Of a stretch of DNA of 64,000 bases, positions 45,092-56,000 are shown one piece after another. How positions within the stretch are numbered: the stretch's first letter is position 1; each line of letters opens with the position of its first letter. The notes under the pieces are model-generated. The model did not search any database. It worked only from the letters and a program-made list of their open reading frames with translations, and was not told the origin of the DNA. The stretch is taken from positions 186,001 through 250,000 of the IMG/VR virus record IMGVR_UViG_3300024999_000029; one strand, 5' to 3'. Made by a program: the position numbers and the translations under genes.

Positions 45092-47803
45092 TTATACTGC
45101 AATTTCATTTGTTTCTTCTTCCTTATTCAATATTATAATTCTTGTTTTAACATTTGTCATTTCAAAAGTTCCACATTCCAGACTTATTGTATCATAGGTT
45201 TTTTCTTCTAGCCATTCTCTAAAATTTTGACTTTCTTTATCATTCGCAAAAGTCCAATGTTCTGAAGTAATTGAGATTAATTTTCCGCCAGTTTTAAGCA
45301 ATTTGTAAGCGTGTTGTAAATGTTTTATATCTTGATTATTGGTGAATGGTGGATTCATTATTATAGCATCATAATAATTATATTTTTGATATTCTAGTAA
45401 GTCATTACCTATTACATTATGATTTTTTAATCTCAATAATTCTGCAAAGCTGCTATTCCACTCTATAATGTCAACATATTCTGTTATAGCTTTTATTTGA
45501 TCTGCAATATTGCCTATTCCTGCTGACGGTTCTAGCACCCTACTGTTATTGTCTATGTTTGCAAATTCAATCATTTGTGAGGCTGTTTCTTTTGGCGTGA
45601 AATTTATATCTCCTTTTTGTCTTAGTTTATATTCATTTTCTAACTTTTTAATTTTTTGTTGTATCGGATTTTTGTATCTGTCTATGCTATTATAAATTAT
45701 ATTATATTCCTCAACGGCTTTCGTTAATTTTTGAATATTTGTTATTCCGTATTTTTTTAATTTGTTTTGTTTCGTTGGTACTTCTTTGTTATACCATCCA
45801 TCCAAGGGTAAGGAATAATCTACTTGCGGAAATTTTAAACCTTGCGTATTCCTTCCATACTTCATTATATAATACTGGTGAATATTTTCCCTAAATGCGC
45901 CAACTATCAAAGCTTTTTCAAGTTCTGTTATTACTGTATTATCAATTAATTTTTGTTGCACATATTCCAATAATTTTATATTAATTTCTAATGATTCTTT
46001 TTTACTATCTCGGCTTTCTTGCTCTCTCATTCTTTTATATGTGTTTGTTTGATAATCTCCTGATAATGCTGCTATCTTGCTCTGCAATGATTCTATATTT
46101 TTATTTATCTTTTCAAGCAAATTATTCTTTTCGGCTTGTTGTCGCTCATGCTGTTCTTTTTGTTCCGCTTCTGCTTTAATTGCTTGTAATACGTTCTTTA
46201 ATCCTTCAAATTCGATATAGTTTAATAACTGTTCTGTTATATTAATATTATGCTTTTGCACGTATTCAGCAATATTATTTTTATATTCTTCATTTGTGAA
46301 ATAGTTTTCACTATTTAAGCCCAATTTGCAAATATTTTCCGTTGATTCATCAATAATATTATCTGCTGTTTCTTGCTCTTTGTTTGTTGTTACTTCTTCA
46401 GATTGTGGAATATTAACACCTTTTAAAGCTTCTGACGGTTCATATCTAAATATAAAACCATGTTTAAATTTAGAATAATAACCTTTTATTTTTTTCATTT
46501 GTTCCGATACTTTTATATATTCATCACTTGTTAGTTTATTAACTATTTTTACTACCCATAAAGCGGAATTGTCGCGCGTGTCTGTATCGGCTGTTATAGT
46601 GTATTCATTATTAATAATATTTGAATTTTCGGTTTGTTTCGTCTGTTCTGTTATAACTTCTTTTGATTTTTTAGATGTTTTTTTTACCTTTTCAATCTTT
46701 ACCCATTTTTCAACCTCTGTTATTTCCTCAACTTCTTTTAGTTCAAATATTTTTATATTTCCTTTTTTTAAGTCTTTTAACATTCTATCTTCATAATCAT
46801 AATATCTTTTAGGGTTTGTTAATTGCATAAATTTTCTTTTTTCGCTTCCTACTATTTCGTAACTAAAAGAATTTTTTTCTTTCCTTATTCCTTGCCATGT
46901 TCCGCTTCTGATTTGTTCGCCTGTTATCTTCCAATATCCGCCATGAGTTGTAAATGTTAAATAGTCGCCAATTTTAAAAGAATTCCTTTCAACTTGAACC
47001 ATTTTTAAAACTTTTTTTACTTCTGTTATTGTCTTTTTTTCATATCCTGCCTTTACTTGTTGGTCTTCTGCTTCTTTTATATTTTCTTTTGTTCCGTCAT
47101 ACATACCACTAAAACCATTTACAATGCTTTCTATTTTAAGAATAAATGTTTTAAAATCATTTACGGTTTTTAACTCTTTTTCTGTTAGTTCTTTCTTTTG
47201 TGGCTGCTCTCCGTTCCATCCTCGCCAGTGTGTATAACCTTCTTTATATTCCATTTTTATAATGTCGAATTCATATTCTTTCGGTAAGTCCGAATATTTT
47301 GTTATTCCTGTTCCTTTATCGTATATTCTACTATCTTTTTCTATGTGCCATTTAGACGTTGAAGGGTTCGCCATAAATAAAGGATATTTATATTTTAATG
47401 TTTTTGTATTTTCTTTTGTTTGTTGTTTCTGTTCTGCTGATTCTTTTATTTTTTTTATTAGTTTTTTAGCGTTTGTTTCTTCTCCTTCTGTTGCTCCGTT
47501 CGCTTGCGTCATTGCTTCAAGTTTTTTGATTTTTTCATAGTCTATATTTGAATTTATAGTGCTGTTATACGAATATACTTCTTTTCCTGAATAGTTTTTT
47601 ACTTGCCATTCCTCAACGTCAACACACAGTAAAAAACCATTTTTTTCTGCTATTCCATCCCAAGAAGCAGGGTCGTAATAATCACTCATAGAGTCGCTTT
47701 TATCTTCTTTATATCCGTATAGCTTCCAGCCTCTATTTCGTAGTTCGTGTGCTATTCTTACTTTTGCATCCCTCATATCATAATAATTACTCATGTTTTG
47801 CAT
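45092..47803 (-). CDS. large protein with C-terminal N6-adenine DNA methyltransferase domain
   Basis: FTP, VLEPSAGIG (SAM binding) and MNPPF catalytic motif in the last ~180 aa; long uncharacterised N-terminus. Confidence 0.8.
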   Translation of the reverse strand: MQNMSNYYDMRDAKVRIAHELRNRGWKLYGYKEDKSDSMSDYYDPASWDGIAEKNGFLLCVDVEEWQVKNYSGKEVYSYNSTINSNIDYEKIKKLEAMTQANGATEGEETNAKKLIKKIKESAEQKQQTKENTKTLKYKYPLFMANPSTSKWHIEKDSRIYDKGTGITKYSDLPKEYEFDIIKMEYKEGYTHWRGWNGEQPQKKELTEKELKTVNDFKTFILKIESIVNGFSGMYDGTKENIKEAEDQQVKAGYEKKTITEVKKVLKMVQVERNSFKIGDYLTFTTHGGYWKITGEQIRSGTWQGIRKEKNSFSYEIVGSEKRKFMQLTNPKRYYDYEDRMLKDLKKGNIKIFELKEVEEITEVEKWVKIEKVKKTSKKSKEVITEQTKQTENSNIINNEYTITADTDTRDNSALWVVKIVNKLTSDEYIKVSEQMKKIKGYYSKFKHGFIFRYEPSEALKGVNIPQSEEVTTNKEQETADNIIDESTENICKLGLNSENYFTNEEYKNNIAEYVQKHNINITEQLLNYIEFEGLKNVLQAIKAEAEQKEQHERQQAEKNNLLEKINKNIESLQSKIAALSGDYQTNTYKRMREQESRDSKKESLEINIKLLEYVQQKLIDNTVITELEKALIVGAFRENIHQYYIMKYGRNTQGLKFPQVDYSLPLDGWYNKEVPTKQNKLKKYGITNIQKLTKAVEEYNIIYNSIDRYKNPIQQKIKKLENEYKLRQKGDINFTPKETASQMIEFANIDNNSRVLEPSAGIGNIADQIKAITEYVDIIEWNSSFAELLRLKNHNVIGNDLLEYQKYNYYDAIIMNPPFTNNQDIKHLQHAYKLLKTGGKLISITSEHWTFANDKESQNFREWLEEKTYDTISLECGTFEMTNVKTRIIILNKEEETNEIAV

Positions 47804-50800
47804 CTCCTTTGATTATATTTTGTTTAATTGGTATGGAGTTTTTGCAGATACTCCAATAAGCTGTTATAAGCTGTTAAACGGCATTATCAAATATTTCTTT
47901 AAAATCTTTTTTATAATGATTCCAATGTATTAAACTATATAATTCAGAAAATTTCATATTTAATATATTTTCGCTCGGTTTATTTAAAATATTTTCTATT
48001 ACTTCAACTTTCCAAGGCTTAAAATATTCACCAAGTTTTATATTACATTTTACAATAACTTGCATGGTTGTATGATTTGTTATATCAATATTATTTAAAA
48101 TATGCCTATCTTCTGGATGTTCTTTTTCTGCTATATGATAAGATTCAATATAATTTTCAATAATAAATGTAAACTGTGAATTTATTATCCCATTGCAATA
48201 TATATTTATTTCTGTTTCAATATCTTTTAAAAATTCAATTGCATTATTTGTTGACGTATAATTTTTATATAATAAGGTTTTTGAATGTGTTTCATAAAAT
48301 ATTTTACCATTCCACTTTTTTGCAATTTCCCATAATCCGACAATCTTCAAATATCCATGTTTATAATCATATTCTACATGATAATTTTTTGGTAATCCCT
48401 GCAATATCATTAATCCTGCTGAACCTTGTCTTTTAAAATGTGTTTTAATCATTTTTTCATTACCTCCATTTAATTTATATTTTTGTTATACTACTAAATG
48501 AATTTATTCCATATTTCTTTCAAGTTCAAAAGCAGCTATATCAACTGTTATATCAATTTTATATTGTAGAATTTAACAATAAACAAATATGTTAAATTTT
48601 CAATTTTTCCATAAATGCCATCAAATTGACCGCATCGCTAAGATGTTCATTTTCATATTTAAAAAATAACTTGTAGTTTTTCAATTCATTTATTTTATTT
48701 GTTTCAATTTGACATAATTCAGGGTTTTCTGTATAGACCATTACGCTGCCATCTTTTTTTACTTCAATACTGCATAACCCCTTTTTTTCTAAAAAATAGC
48801 ATATTTCTTTACGTACTAGTATTATTTCAATTCTATCAATCATGTTTAAGCCCTCCTAAAATTCATTTAAAAGTTATATTTGATTAAAAAGTTCTTCATC
48901 TTGTAAATCTGCAATTAATATATATATTTCAACTTCAGTCATTTTTTTACTAATTTTCACCATATTGCTTTTTTTAAACATATCAGTTCTAAAATAAAAT
49001 TTAATTTCTTTACTGTCATAGTTTTCTAAATATGGAGTATTACAATTATTCCAATTAATTTCATCATATAATTTTTTATCATCGACAAATTGAACCCCCT
49101 TGACTATATAGTCACAAATATTTTTGCCAAATTTAAATATATTCTTACGTTCGTAAGGATTTTTCCCTCTTATATCTTGATGAATTGCGCGTGATAAATA
49201 TCTTAATTGTTTTTCATTTAACTTAATCATCTTTTAAAATCTCCTTTTATTTTTAGCTGCTGTTATACAATTATATTTTAATTCTCACAGCTGCCAAAAG
49301 TTTTTATTTATTAAGTATAAGCATATTAAATTAATTATGATTGATTCTATGAAAATGTATGCTATAATGTTTTTAAGCGAATTTTTTAATTTAGTAGGGT
49401 TAAATTTTAGCTTGTGGGCTTTACATCTCGACAATGTAAAGCTTTTTTCTATTAGTGCGTAGGTAGTCATATTATTTTTATATCTCCTCTCTTTTTGTTA
49501 TCTGGTAGCGAATTTTTAAAGAATCCGCCAAAACTTTTATTTTACATTATATGTATATTTGTAGATATTTCCTAACAATTCAATTTCTACAGTTCCAACT
49601 TTCTTTGATTCGCTAACATTATGAATTTTTATATTTTTGATGATTGAATCTAATGTGTATGTTTTAATTCCTGCAAAAACGTTACTGGACATTGTTAAGA
49701 TTAAAACCGTTGTTATTATTACTTTTTTCATATTCTTATATCCTTTCTTTTTTATTGAGTTTTTACCCTTTATCACTTGCATAATTTTATGTTTTAATTA
49801 TGCAGCATTAGCTTACACAAGTAAAAATTATAAAATATGTGCATTGCCTTTGTTATCTATACCATTCAATTCTCTAACTCCAAATCCTGTTTTAATTTCC
49901 ATCTTTTTAAAATCAATGTTGCTAATCGTTGCTGTTACATACGTTTGATAATTTAACTGACATACTTCAGTTTGTAAAACCGTTACTGTGTCCCCTTCTT
50001 TCAAACTCTTAAATTCTTTTTTAGTCATTATTTCAAAAACCTCCTTTTTATTTATTTTACTGCTACCTTGACGGCTGTTATACCGTCAAACGCTTTGAGC
50101 TTAAAGTCTATTTATACACGCTCAAACGTGTTAATACAAAAATATAATTTTATTGGCTTTTAGGTGGTGCAATATAACCCATTTTTTGACCTTCAGAACA
50201 TATTTCACATAATTTACTAATTAGATTATATTTCCAGTTTTTTCTGGTAATCAATTTTTTTAAGATTTTATGTGCTTGTATATAATGATATTTGTTATAT
50301 GGCATTCTCAAAACCTCCATAAAATTATTTATTCATTGCAACTTCTAATTCACTAATTTTATTATTAAACCATTCAATTTCCTTTTTTAAGTCTGTTATA
50401 TCTTCTTCAGATAATTTTATATTGCTAATGTATAAATATTCTTCATTAGTTTCGAAATTTTCCCTAAAACGGCATTCACAGCCAGACTCCAATTCTTTTT
50501 TTGCAATAACAAGTGCTTTATTTTTTAACCTATTATATTCTTCTAAAAACAAATCTTTAAATTCGGCTGAATATTTATATTTTGATGTCTTGCCAACGCA
50601 CGCATAATATCTTTTGTCTTTACTGTAATACTCATAACCGCCACATCTTGCACTACTATGAGTAAAATTGCAGTTACTTATAAAAGCACTCTCTTGAGCA
50701 TCAGATAAATCTATTCTTGCAATTTCTCGACCTTTTAAAGTTGTTATAATTACATTATCAAACCAAGTTTTTTTCATGTTTTAACCTCCTTTATTCTCCT

Positions 50801-51474
50801 TTAAATTTAATATTTTTCCATTAAAATGTCAATTTTACTTTATCTTTAACACTTCCCAAATTCCATCAATTCCACTAAATTCATAACAATTTTTTAGTTT
50901 TAAATCCCAAGTAGCTTTTAGTTCTTTTACTTCTTTTGTATCAACATTTTTTAATATAAAAACTTTCATTTTAAAAACCTCCTTTTTATTTAATTACTTA
51001 TCTAATAACATAAGCTGTTATAACAAACTAACATTTTACATTAATTTTATTTCAAATTTAAAAATCACAGTCAAGCAACTTAAAAATTATATATGTATTG
51101 TTTAATATCTTATGTTATTAGTAATTAATCAAAGTTTTTTGGAATTTATTATAATTTCTGCTACGTTTTATAATTGCTACACTATGTGTTATTTACTCTT
51201 ATACGCTCCCGCTAACATTGTGTTGTTAATATGCGTACTATGTATAAGATACAATTATAAACCTTTTAAGGATGGTTATTTCCTGCAATTTTAGGGATAT
51301 GTAATCCTAAAATTTAACTGCTATTTGTTGCAGTCTGCAAATTCAATATTCAATTTTATAATTGATAGATAACGTCAATATTAGCTAAGTCAAGCCAATT
51401 TTATTGGTATGGTTGAACGTCCACAAGTATAGATATAGCTACCGCAAGGTGACTATCAACTTAACTTATAATTA

Positions 51475-51503
51475 ATTATAACATAAGTAAATTGATATTG
51501 CAA
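51475..51503 (-). promoter_or_regulatory. leftward early promoter TTGCAA-17-TATAAT with extended -10 TG
   Basis: Sequence match at the head of the leftward arm; TAAAATATAAAA motif immediately upstream. Confidence 0.6.
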
Positions 51504-52106
51504 TACTAATTTTATATTTTACTTTTATAATATTAATATGCAATTACTTATTATATTATACATATTAATTTTACATGTTACGATGGTATTGTGAGGTCGT
51601 GAGAGGCTCATGGTTGAATGTTTATATGGTTTATAGTCAAGTATGTATAAATAGGGTAAAAGCAGCTTAATGGTATTGTATTTTTTAATGTGAGCTATTT
51701 AATATTTATATAGGACTATAGTCCTATCTTTTAAGACTATTTTGTGCTTAGTATCTAGTCATAAAAGTGGTGAGTGTATACTCTATTTAGTATGTTTTTA
51801 TAGTCAAAGTGGTGATTGTTTGAAAACAGTTAATCAATGAGTCAAAATAGGCTATATAATAGACTTTATAGGTTTGTTTATACTATTACCTTTTTATTGT
51901 GTCTATGCAATTTTAGTGCTATTTTAAAGGTAGTTATTTTTATGAATTGTTTATTATTTACATACAATTTAATATAGTAATTTGATATTATGTAAGCATT
52001 AATATATTTAATGTTTTAATTATTATTTATTGATATTGTTAATGTTAGTATTAATTATATTAAGGTGTCAAGTAGTTTGACTTTACAGTTGTTGTATTTA
52101 GATTGT

Positions 52107-52195
52107 ATAGGTCTATAGCACTAATGATATATAGGTATAAAGTCCTAGTGTAATGTAGGTCTATAGTCCTAGTAGTGTATAGGACTGTGGTATTA
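52107..52195. repeat. 24-bp-period array of ATAGGNCTATAGTCCTA-like palindromes (perfect copy at 51710-51727)
   Basis: Copies start at 52107, 52131, 52155 and 52179. Confidence 0.8.
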
Positions 52196-53272
52196 TGTAT
52201 TCACCAAGTCGCACCTTGTTATAACGAAAAAAATGAGTGATCACTCATTATCCAATTAATACCATATTTATTTTTAGCTTTTTATCCTTCTTCTCCAAAC
52301 AGAAATAAAAATAACAATTACCATTTATTCCCATATACAAAATTCAGACTAAATTGAGTATGATAATAAATCAATTATCTATCTGATTTATTCAAATTCA
52401 CATTCAATTTTCGCAAAGTTCCAGATAAGAATATTTATGTAGAACTACTAGAACACTGCTAACCGTAAGCGTAGGGGATAGTTTACAAATTTTAATCAAT
52501 TATTTTTCAAGAAATGCCCCGTAGCACTTCTATTCACACACTAACTCAATTTTCCAATATTTCACTCTAAAATTAACTTTAAAATTACAAAAAATAATCA
52601 TAAATAATTTTACTAATTAATTCCATTCATATTTAAATCTATCAATAAATATTATCAAATATATTATTAAAACTATTAAAAATCACAAAATTTCGTTCGT
52701 AACCTCTGTCGATAAAACTCACTTATATCAACAAAAACTCTGATTTTATAATTCTAAAAATTAACCAATATCTTTACATAATCAACATCAAACCTTACTC
52801 CTACACTACTTAAACGATATAACCACATTCTGGACTAAATATTCTATTATTGGCATCCCTAATTAATCAGAAAATCATCTTCAATTACTACTCTATCTAA
52901 GCTTATATAAGTATTTTAATAATTTTTGACGAAGTAGCTAAATTTTAACAATGATAAAAATGATAAATTTGAACTTTTTTACGTTTTGATTTGTGTAGCG
53001 TAGCGGAACAAAACAAATAAGCAAAACATTCTGATTAGTAATAAATAATTAGTAATTATATAAACACATAAATTTTAAAATTTTGAAAAAGAATACTCAC
53101 ACTATAATCTATTTCTAAGTTATAATATGAGCTTGGATTTGGTGGGAGGAGAGGTTGTATTATTTTGTGGATTATTAGATTAGCTAAAGTCCCAAATCGG
53201 TAATTTATTATTATATGTTTTTCCACCGTTTTGTGACTAAGTTTTATATTTTAGTTTTCTTATCAACTGTTT

Positions 53273-54751
53273 TTATGTCATGTCAAATAATTTCCAATAC
53301 CTTTTACCTTTATTCTCTCCATATGTTTCTTGTATAGATTCCACTCTATATTTTATTTTATTATCTGCAAAATATCCATTAATAGTATTAACGCCTAAAG
53401 ATTTGTGATTCTTATCAACTGTTTTTATAGCATTAGCTTTTATAAATTTTTTAAATACATTTTTTTCATCCTTAAACATTTTAATATCAATAAACTTTAT
53501 TAACTGTTCATTAAAAGTCTCAGTAGTAATAATATCATCCAAACATTTAAATTCTGATATTGGAATCCTGTATCTATCACACAATATCTGGAGATGCCCT
53601 AACTTATTAGTCAACTGTTTATTAGTATCAGTAATCTGTTTTGCTAATTCAATATCTGATTGTAACTTATAATACAGTGCATCATTCAATTTTAGAGCAA
53701 CTGTTTTATCTTCCTGAATATTATATATCAATCCGTTAGTATTCTTCCTGCTATGTACATTTATATAATCCTCTGGAGTACTGTTTAAAAAATACTGCCC
53801 ATACTCAAATATTTTATTCCACTGATTCAAATATGACTGTATGCTATTTTGTTTAAATTTCCTAATATAAATATTTGGTTTATCATTCTCATTCTGGATT
53901 CTTTTTCTACCTATACATTGCTGAATTGTATCAAAATCATATATATCCACAATTATATGTTTTAGCTGTTCATCTTTAATATTAATTCCATTGTCTAGTA
54001 CTTTTGTGGTAAATAAAGTTCTGGAATCAAATTTAGAATCTTCCACAATCTGATATCTGACATTCTTATCTGAAAATTTAAACTTACTATTATTCTCGCT
54101 GCACAAGAATGAAGAATCACTTTTCATTTGTTTATGCATAATTAACGCTTTAGTTGCATCATTACAAAACATAATAATCTTTTCTTCTGGCGGTTGATTA
54201 TTTATCATTTCTATAATTGTTTCATCACTATTGTAATAGTATAAATTCTCATAGACTAATTCATTATTAAGTATGTAAAGTTTTATATTTTTATTTATTA
54301 CTTTCATGTATTCTTTAAATGTCTCGCACGTAGCTGATAAGAATATAGCAATATTATTTTTCAGGTTAATTAAATAGTGTAATGCAATATCTGTTTCAGC
54401 ATTAAAGTTACTATCTGAAAAGAAAAAGTGGCATTCATCTGCAACTACATACTTGAATCTATCTATATTAAATTTACCTCTTTTTAGTATCTCTATTAAC
54501 TGGTGATAACTAAGTGCTGTGATATTTGGCTTTAGTTTAATATCTTCTTCAATTTGCTTCTTTAATAGTTTTCTATTGGTTAAAAATAATATCTTATTGT
54601 GAGTAATTTCAGCATAGTCATTTAATCTAGTAATGACAAAATAACTCTTACCTGCGCCAGTGGGGGCGTTAATTAACACCTTATCTTCCATAACCCATGA
54701 GAGCATATCGGATTCAGGAATAATATCTGATATAGTTACTCTATTTACCAT
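53273..54751 (-). CDS. SF2 (DExH) helicase-like protein
   Basis: APTGAGKS, VADECH, SAT, LDNGINI, QCIGRKR. Confidence 0.85.
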   Translation of the reverse strand: MVNRVTISDIIPESDMLSWVMEDKVLINAPTGAGKSYFVITRLNDYAEITHNKILFLTNRKLLKKQIEEDIKLKPNITALSYHQLIEILKRGKFNIDRFKYVVADECHFFFSDSNFNAETDIALHYLINLKNNIAIFLSATCETFKEYMKVINKNIKLYILNNELVYENLYYYNSDETIIEMINNQPPEEKIIMFCNDATKALIMHKQMKSDSSFLCSENNSKFKFSDKNVRYQIVEDSKFDSRTLFTTKVLDNGINIKDEQLKHIIVDIYDFDTIQQCIGRKRIQNENDKPNIYIRKFKQNSIQSYLNQWNKIFEYGQYFLNSTPEDYINVHSRKNTNGLIYNIQEDKTVALKLNDALYYKLQSDIELAKQITDTNKQLTNKLGHLQILCDRYRIPISEFKCLDDIITTETFNEQLIKFIDIKMFKDEKNVFKKFIKANAIKTVDKNHKSLGVNTINGYFADNKIKYRVESIQETYGENKGKRYWKLFDMT

Positions 54752-55853
54752 TTATTAATAATCCTCTCTCATTGATGATGCCATGTGCTTTTAGAATTTT
54801 ATAATACTCTTCAACCACATCTAATCCGCTAAATTTCATCTTTTCTGAAATCCAAGTAGGTTCAATAAACTCAGAATTAATTCTTAGGAATTCTTTAGTT
54901 TTCATATACTTCCACATACTCTTTGGGTATGTATCAAATTTAGTATTCTTTATTGTGTTTATAATAAATGCTTGCCAAATACGCCTATCTACTAAAAATA
55001 TAAAATCACCAAATATAGGATATCCAACATACCAAGGTATTTTTGATGTATTGTGTTTTCTCCAAAAATTATTAGCATACTTCTCATCTATAAGAGCTTC
55101 TGGATAGAATATGTAGTTCTCTGGTAGGAACATATTACAATGTTGTTGGATTAACTCTTGCTGTTTGGTTATGTCTGATTTATTATTTTGTATTATATTA
55201 TCAATATCATTTTTATATTTAGGATCATAAATCCATTTCTTCAATTCCACATCATCAATTAATATATCTGACAGTCTTCTTTTGGTCATAGTATCTATTC
55301 TATCTTTGTATTCAGATAAATTAATCTCAATTGTAGCTATTTTATTTTCTCTAATCTTATTATATTTTACTTCATTGATAAAATTAGTTACTGCAATTTC
55401 AATAAACATTTTGTTCTCACCATACTCGCAAACTAAGTCTGGAACAATATCTTTTCTTGGTTGCTCTAAATAAACATTATCAAATTTTAAAACTTGTTCT
55501 TCTCCATTTAAGTAATCGTATATTAAATTATCCTTATTGATTCTCTCGTCTAGTTCTTTGAATTCTTTCTTTGGTAAAAAAGCAGACTTACTATGTATAG
55601 TATACTTTGGTAGCTTAACAATTTTATATTCAGCTAATATTTCTTTAGCCATTAAGTGTATTGCCGTTTGTTGCGCTATTAAAATATTACATTCAGCAGC
55701 AACGTGAGCAAAATGATGTTCATTAATTTCTCCTTGTCTTGCAATAAGCTTTTCACCACAGTTCGGACATACACATTCACACTTTAATCCCTGCTCAACT
55801 TCATCTACGTGTTTTATATTTCCGTTCTTTACTCCATAAGTTAGTGTTGCCAT
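54741..55853 (-). CDS. CoiA-like Zn-finger / PD-(D/E)xK nuclease domain protein
   Basis: CVCPNCG...HHFAH; PDL...FIEI. Confidence 0.7.
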   Translation of the reverse strand: MATLTYGVKNGNIKHVDEVEQGLKCECVCPNCGEKLIARQGEINEHHFAHVAAECNILIAQQTAIHLMAKEILAEYKIVKLPKYTIHSKSAFLPKKEFKELDERINKDNLIYDYLNGEEQVLKFDNVYLEQPRKDIVPDLVCEYGENKMFIEIAVTNFINEVKYNKIRENKIATIEINLSEYKDRIDTMTKRRLSDILIDDVELKKWIYDPKYKNDIDNIIQNNKSDITKQQELIQQHCNMFLPENYIFYPEALIDEKYANNFWRKHNTSKIPWYVGYPIFGDFIFLVDRRIWQAFIINTIKNTKFDTYPKSMWKYMKTKEFLRINSEFIEPTWISEKMKFSGLDVVEEYYKILKAHGIINERGLLINGK

Positions 55854-56000
55854 TTATTTTTCTCCTTATATTCTAATATAGTTCGAGTTAAATTCTACAC
55901 CATTCATTCTATTTGTCAATATGTTTTATATTTTAGTTCATTAAAACGCTACGTTTCTGTAATATTTTTATAGAAATTACGCTAAACTTAATAATTATCA

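Larger units (their letters stand above)
258..50837. repeat. Dispersed 16-bp imperfect palindrome TAAA-N8-TTTA (variants TCAA/TGAA...TTCA/TTGA) at gene junctions, about 45 copies
   Basis: Examples: 258-273, 677-692, 861-876, 2414-2429, 4190-4205, 4806-4821, 6265-6280, 7261-7276, 12536-12551, 16072-16087, 17577-17592, 26935-26950, 35629-35644, 44201-44216, 50822-50837. Confidence 0.8.
33926..51022 (-). repeat. 35 co-oriented copies of TATAACAG (CTGTTATA on +)
   Basis: Counted by eye; positions listed in the findings. Confidence 0.85.

Noticed and set aside
45092-47803. Restriction-modification system
   Set aside because: No adjacent endonuclease or specificity subunit.
33926-51022. Octamer as DnaA boxes or simple -10 elements
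   Set aside because: Poor match to TTATNCACA; many copies are intragenic with no -35 element.
2515-51294. Numerous + strand ORFs of 60-140 aa within the leftward arm
   Set aside because: Antisense shadows of real genes; F/L/I/S-rich, no RBS. Only 28271..28903 is credible.
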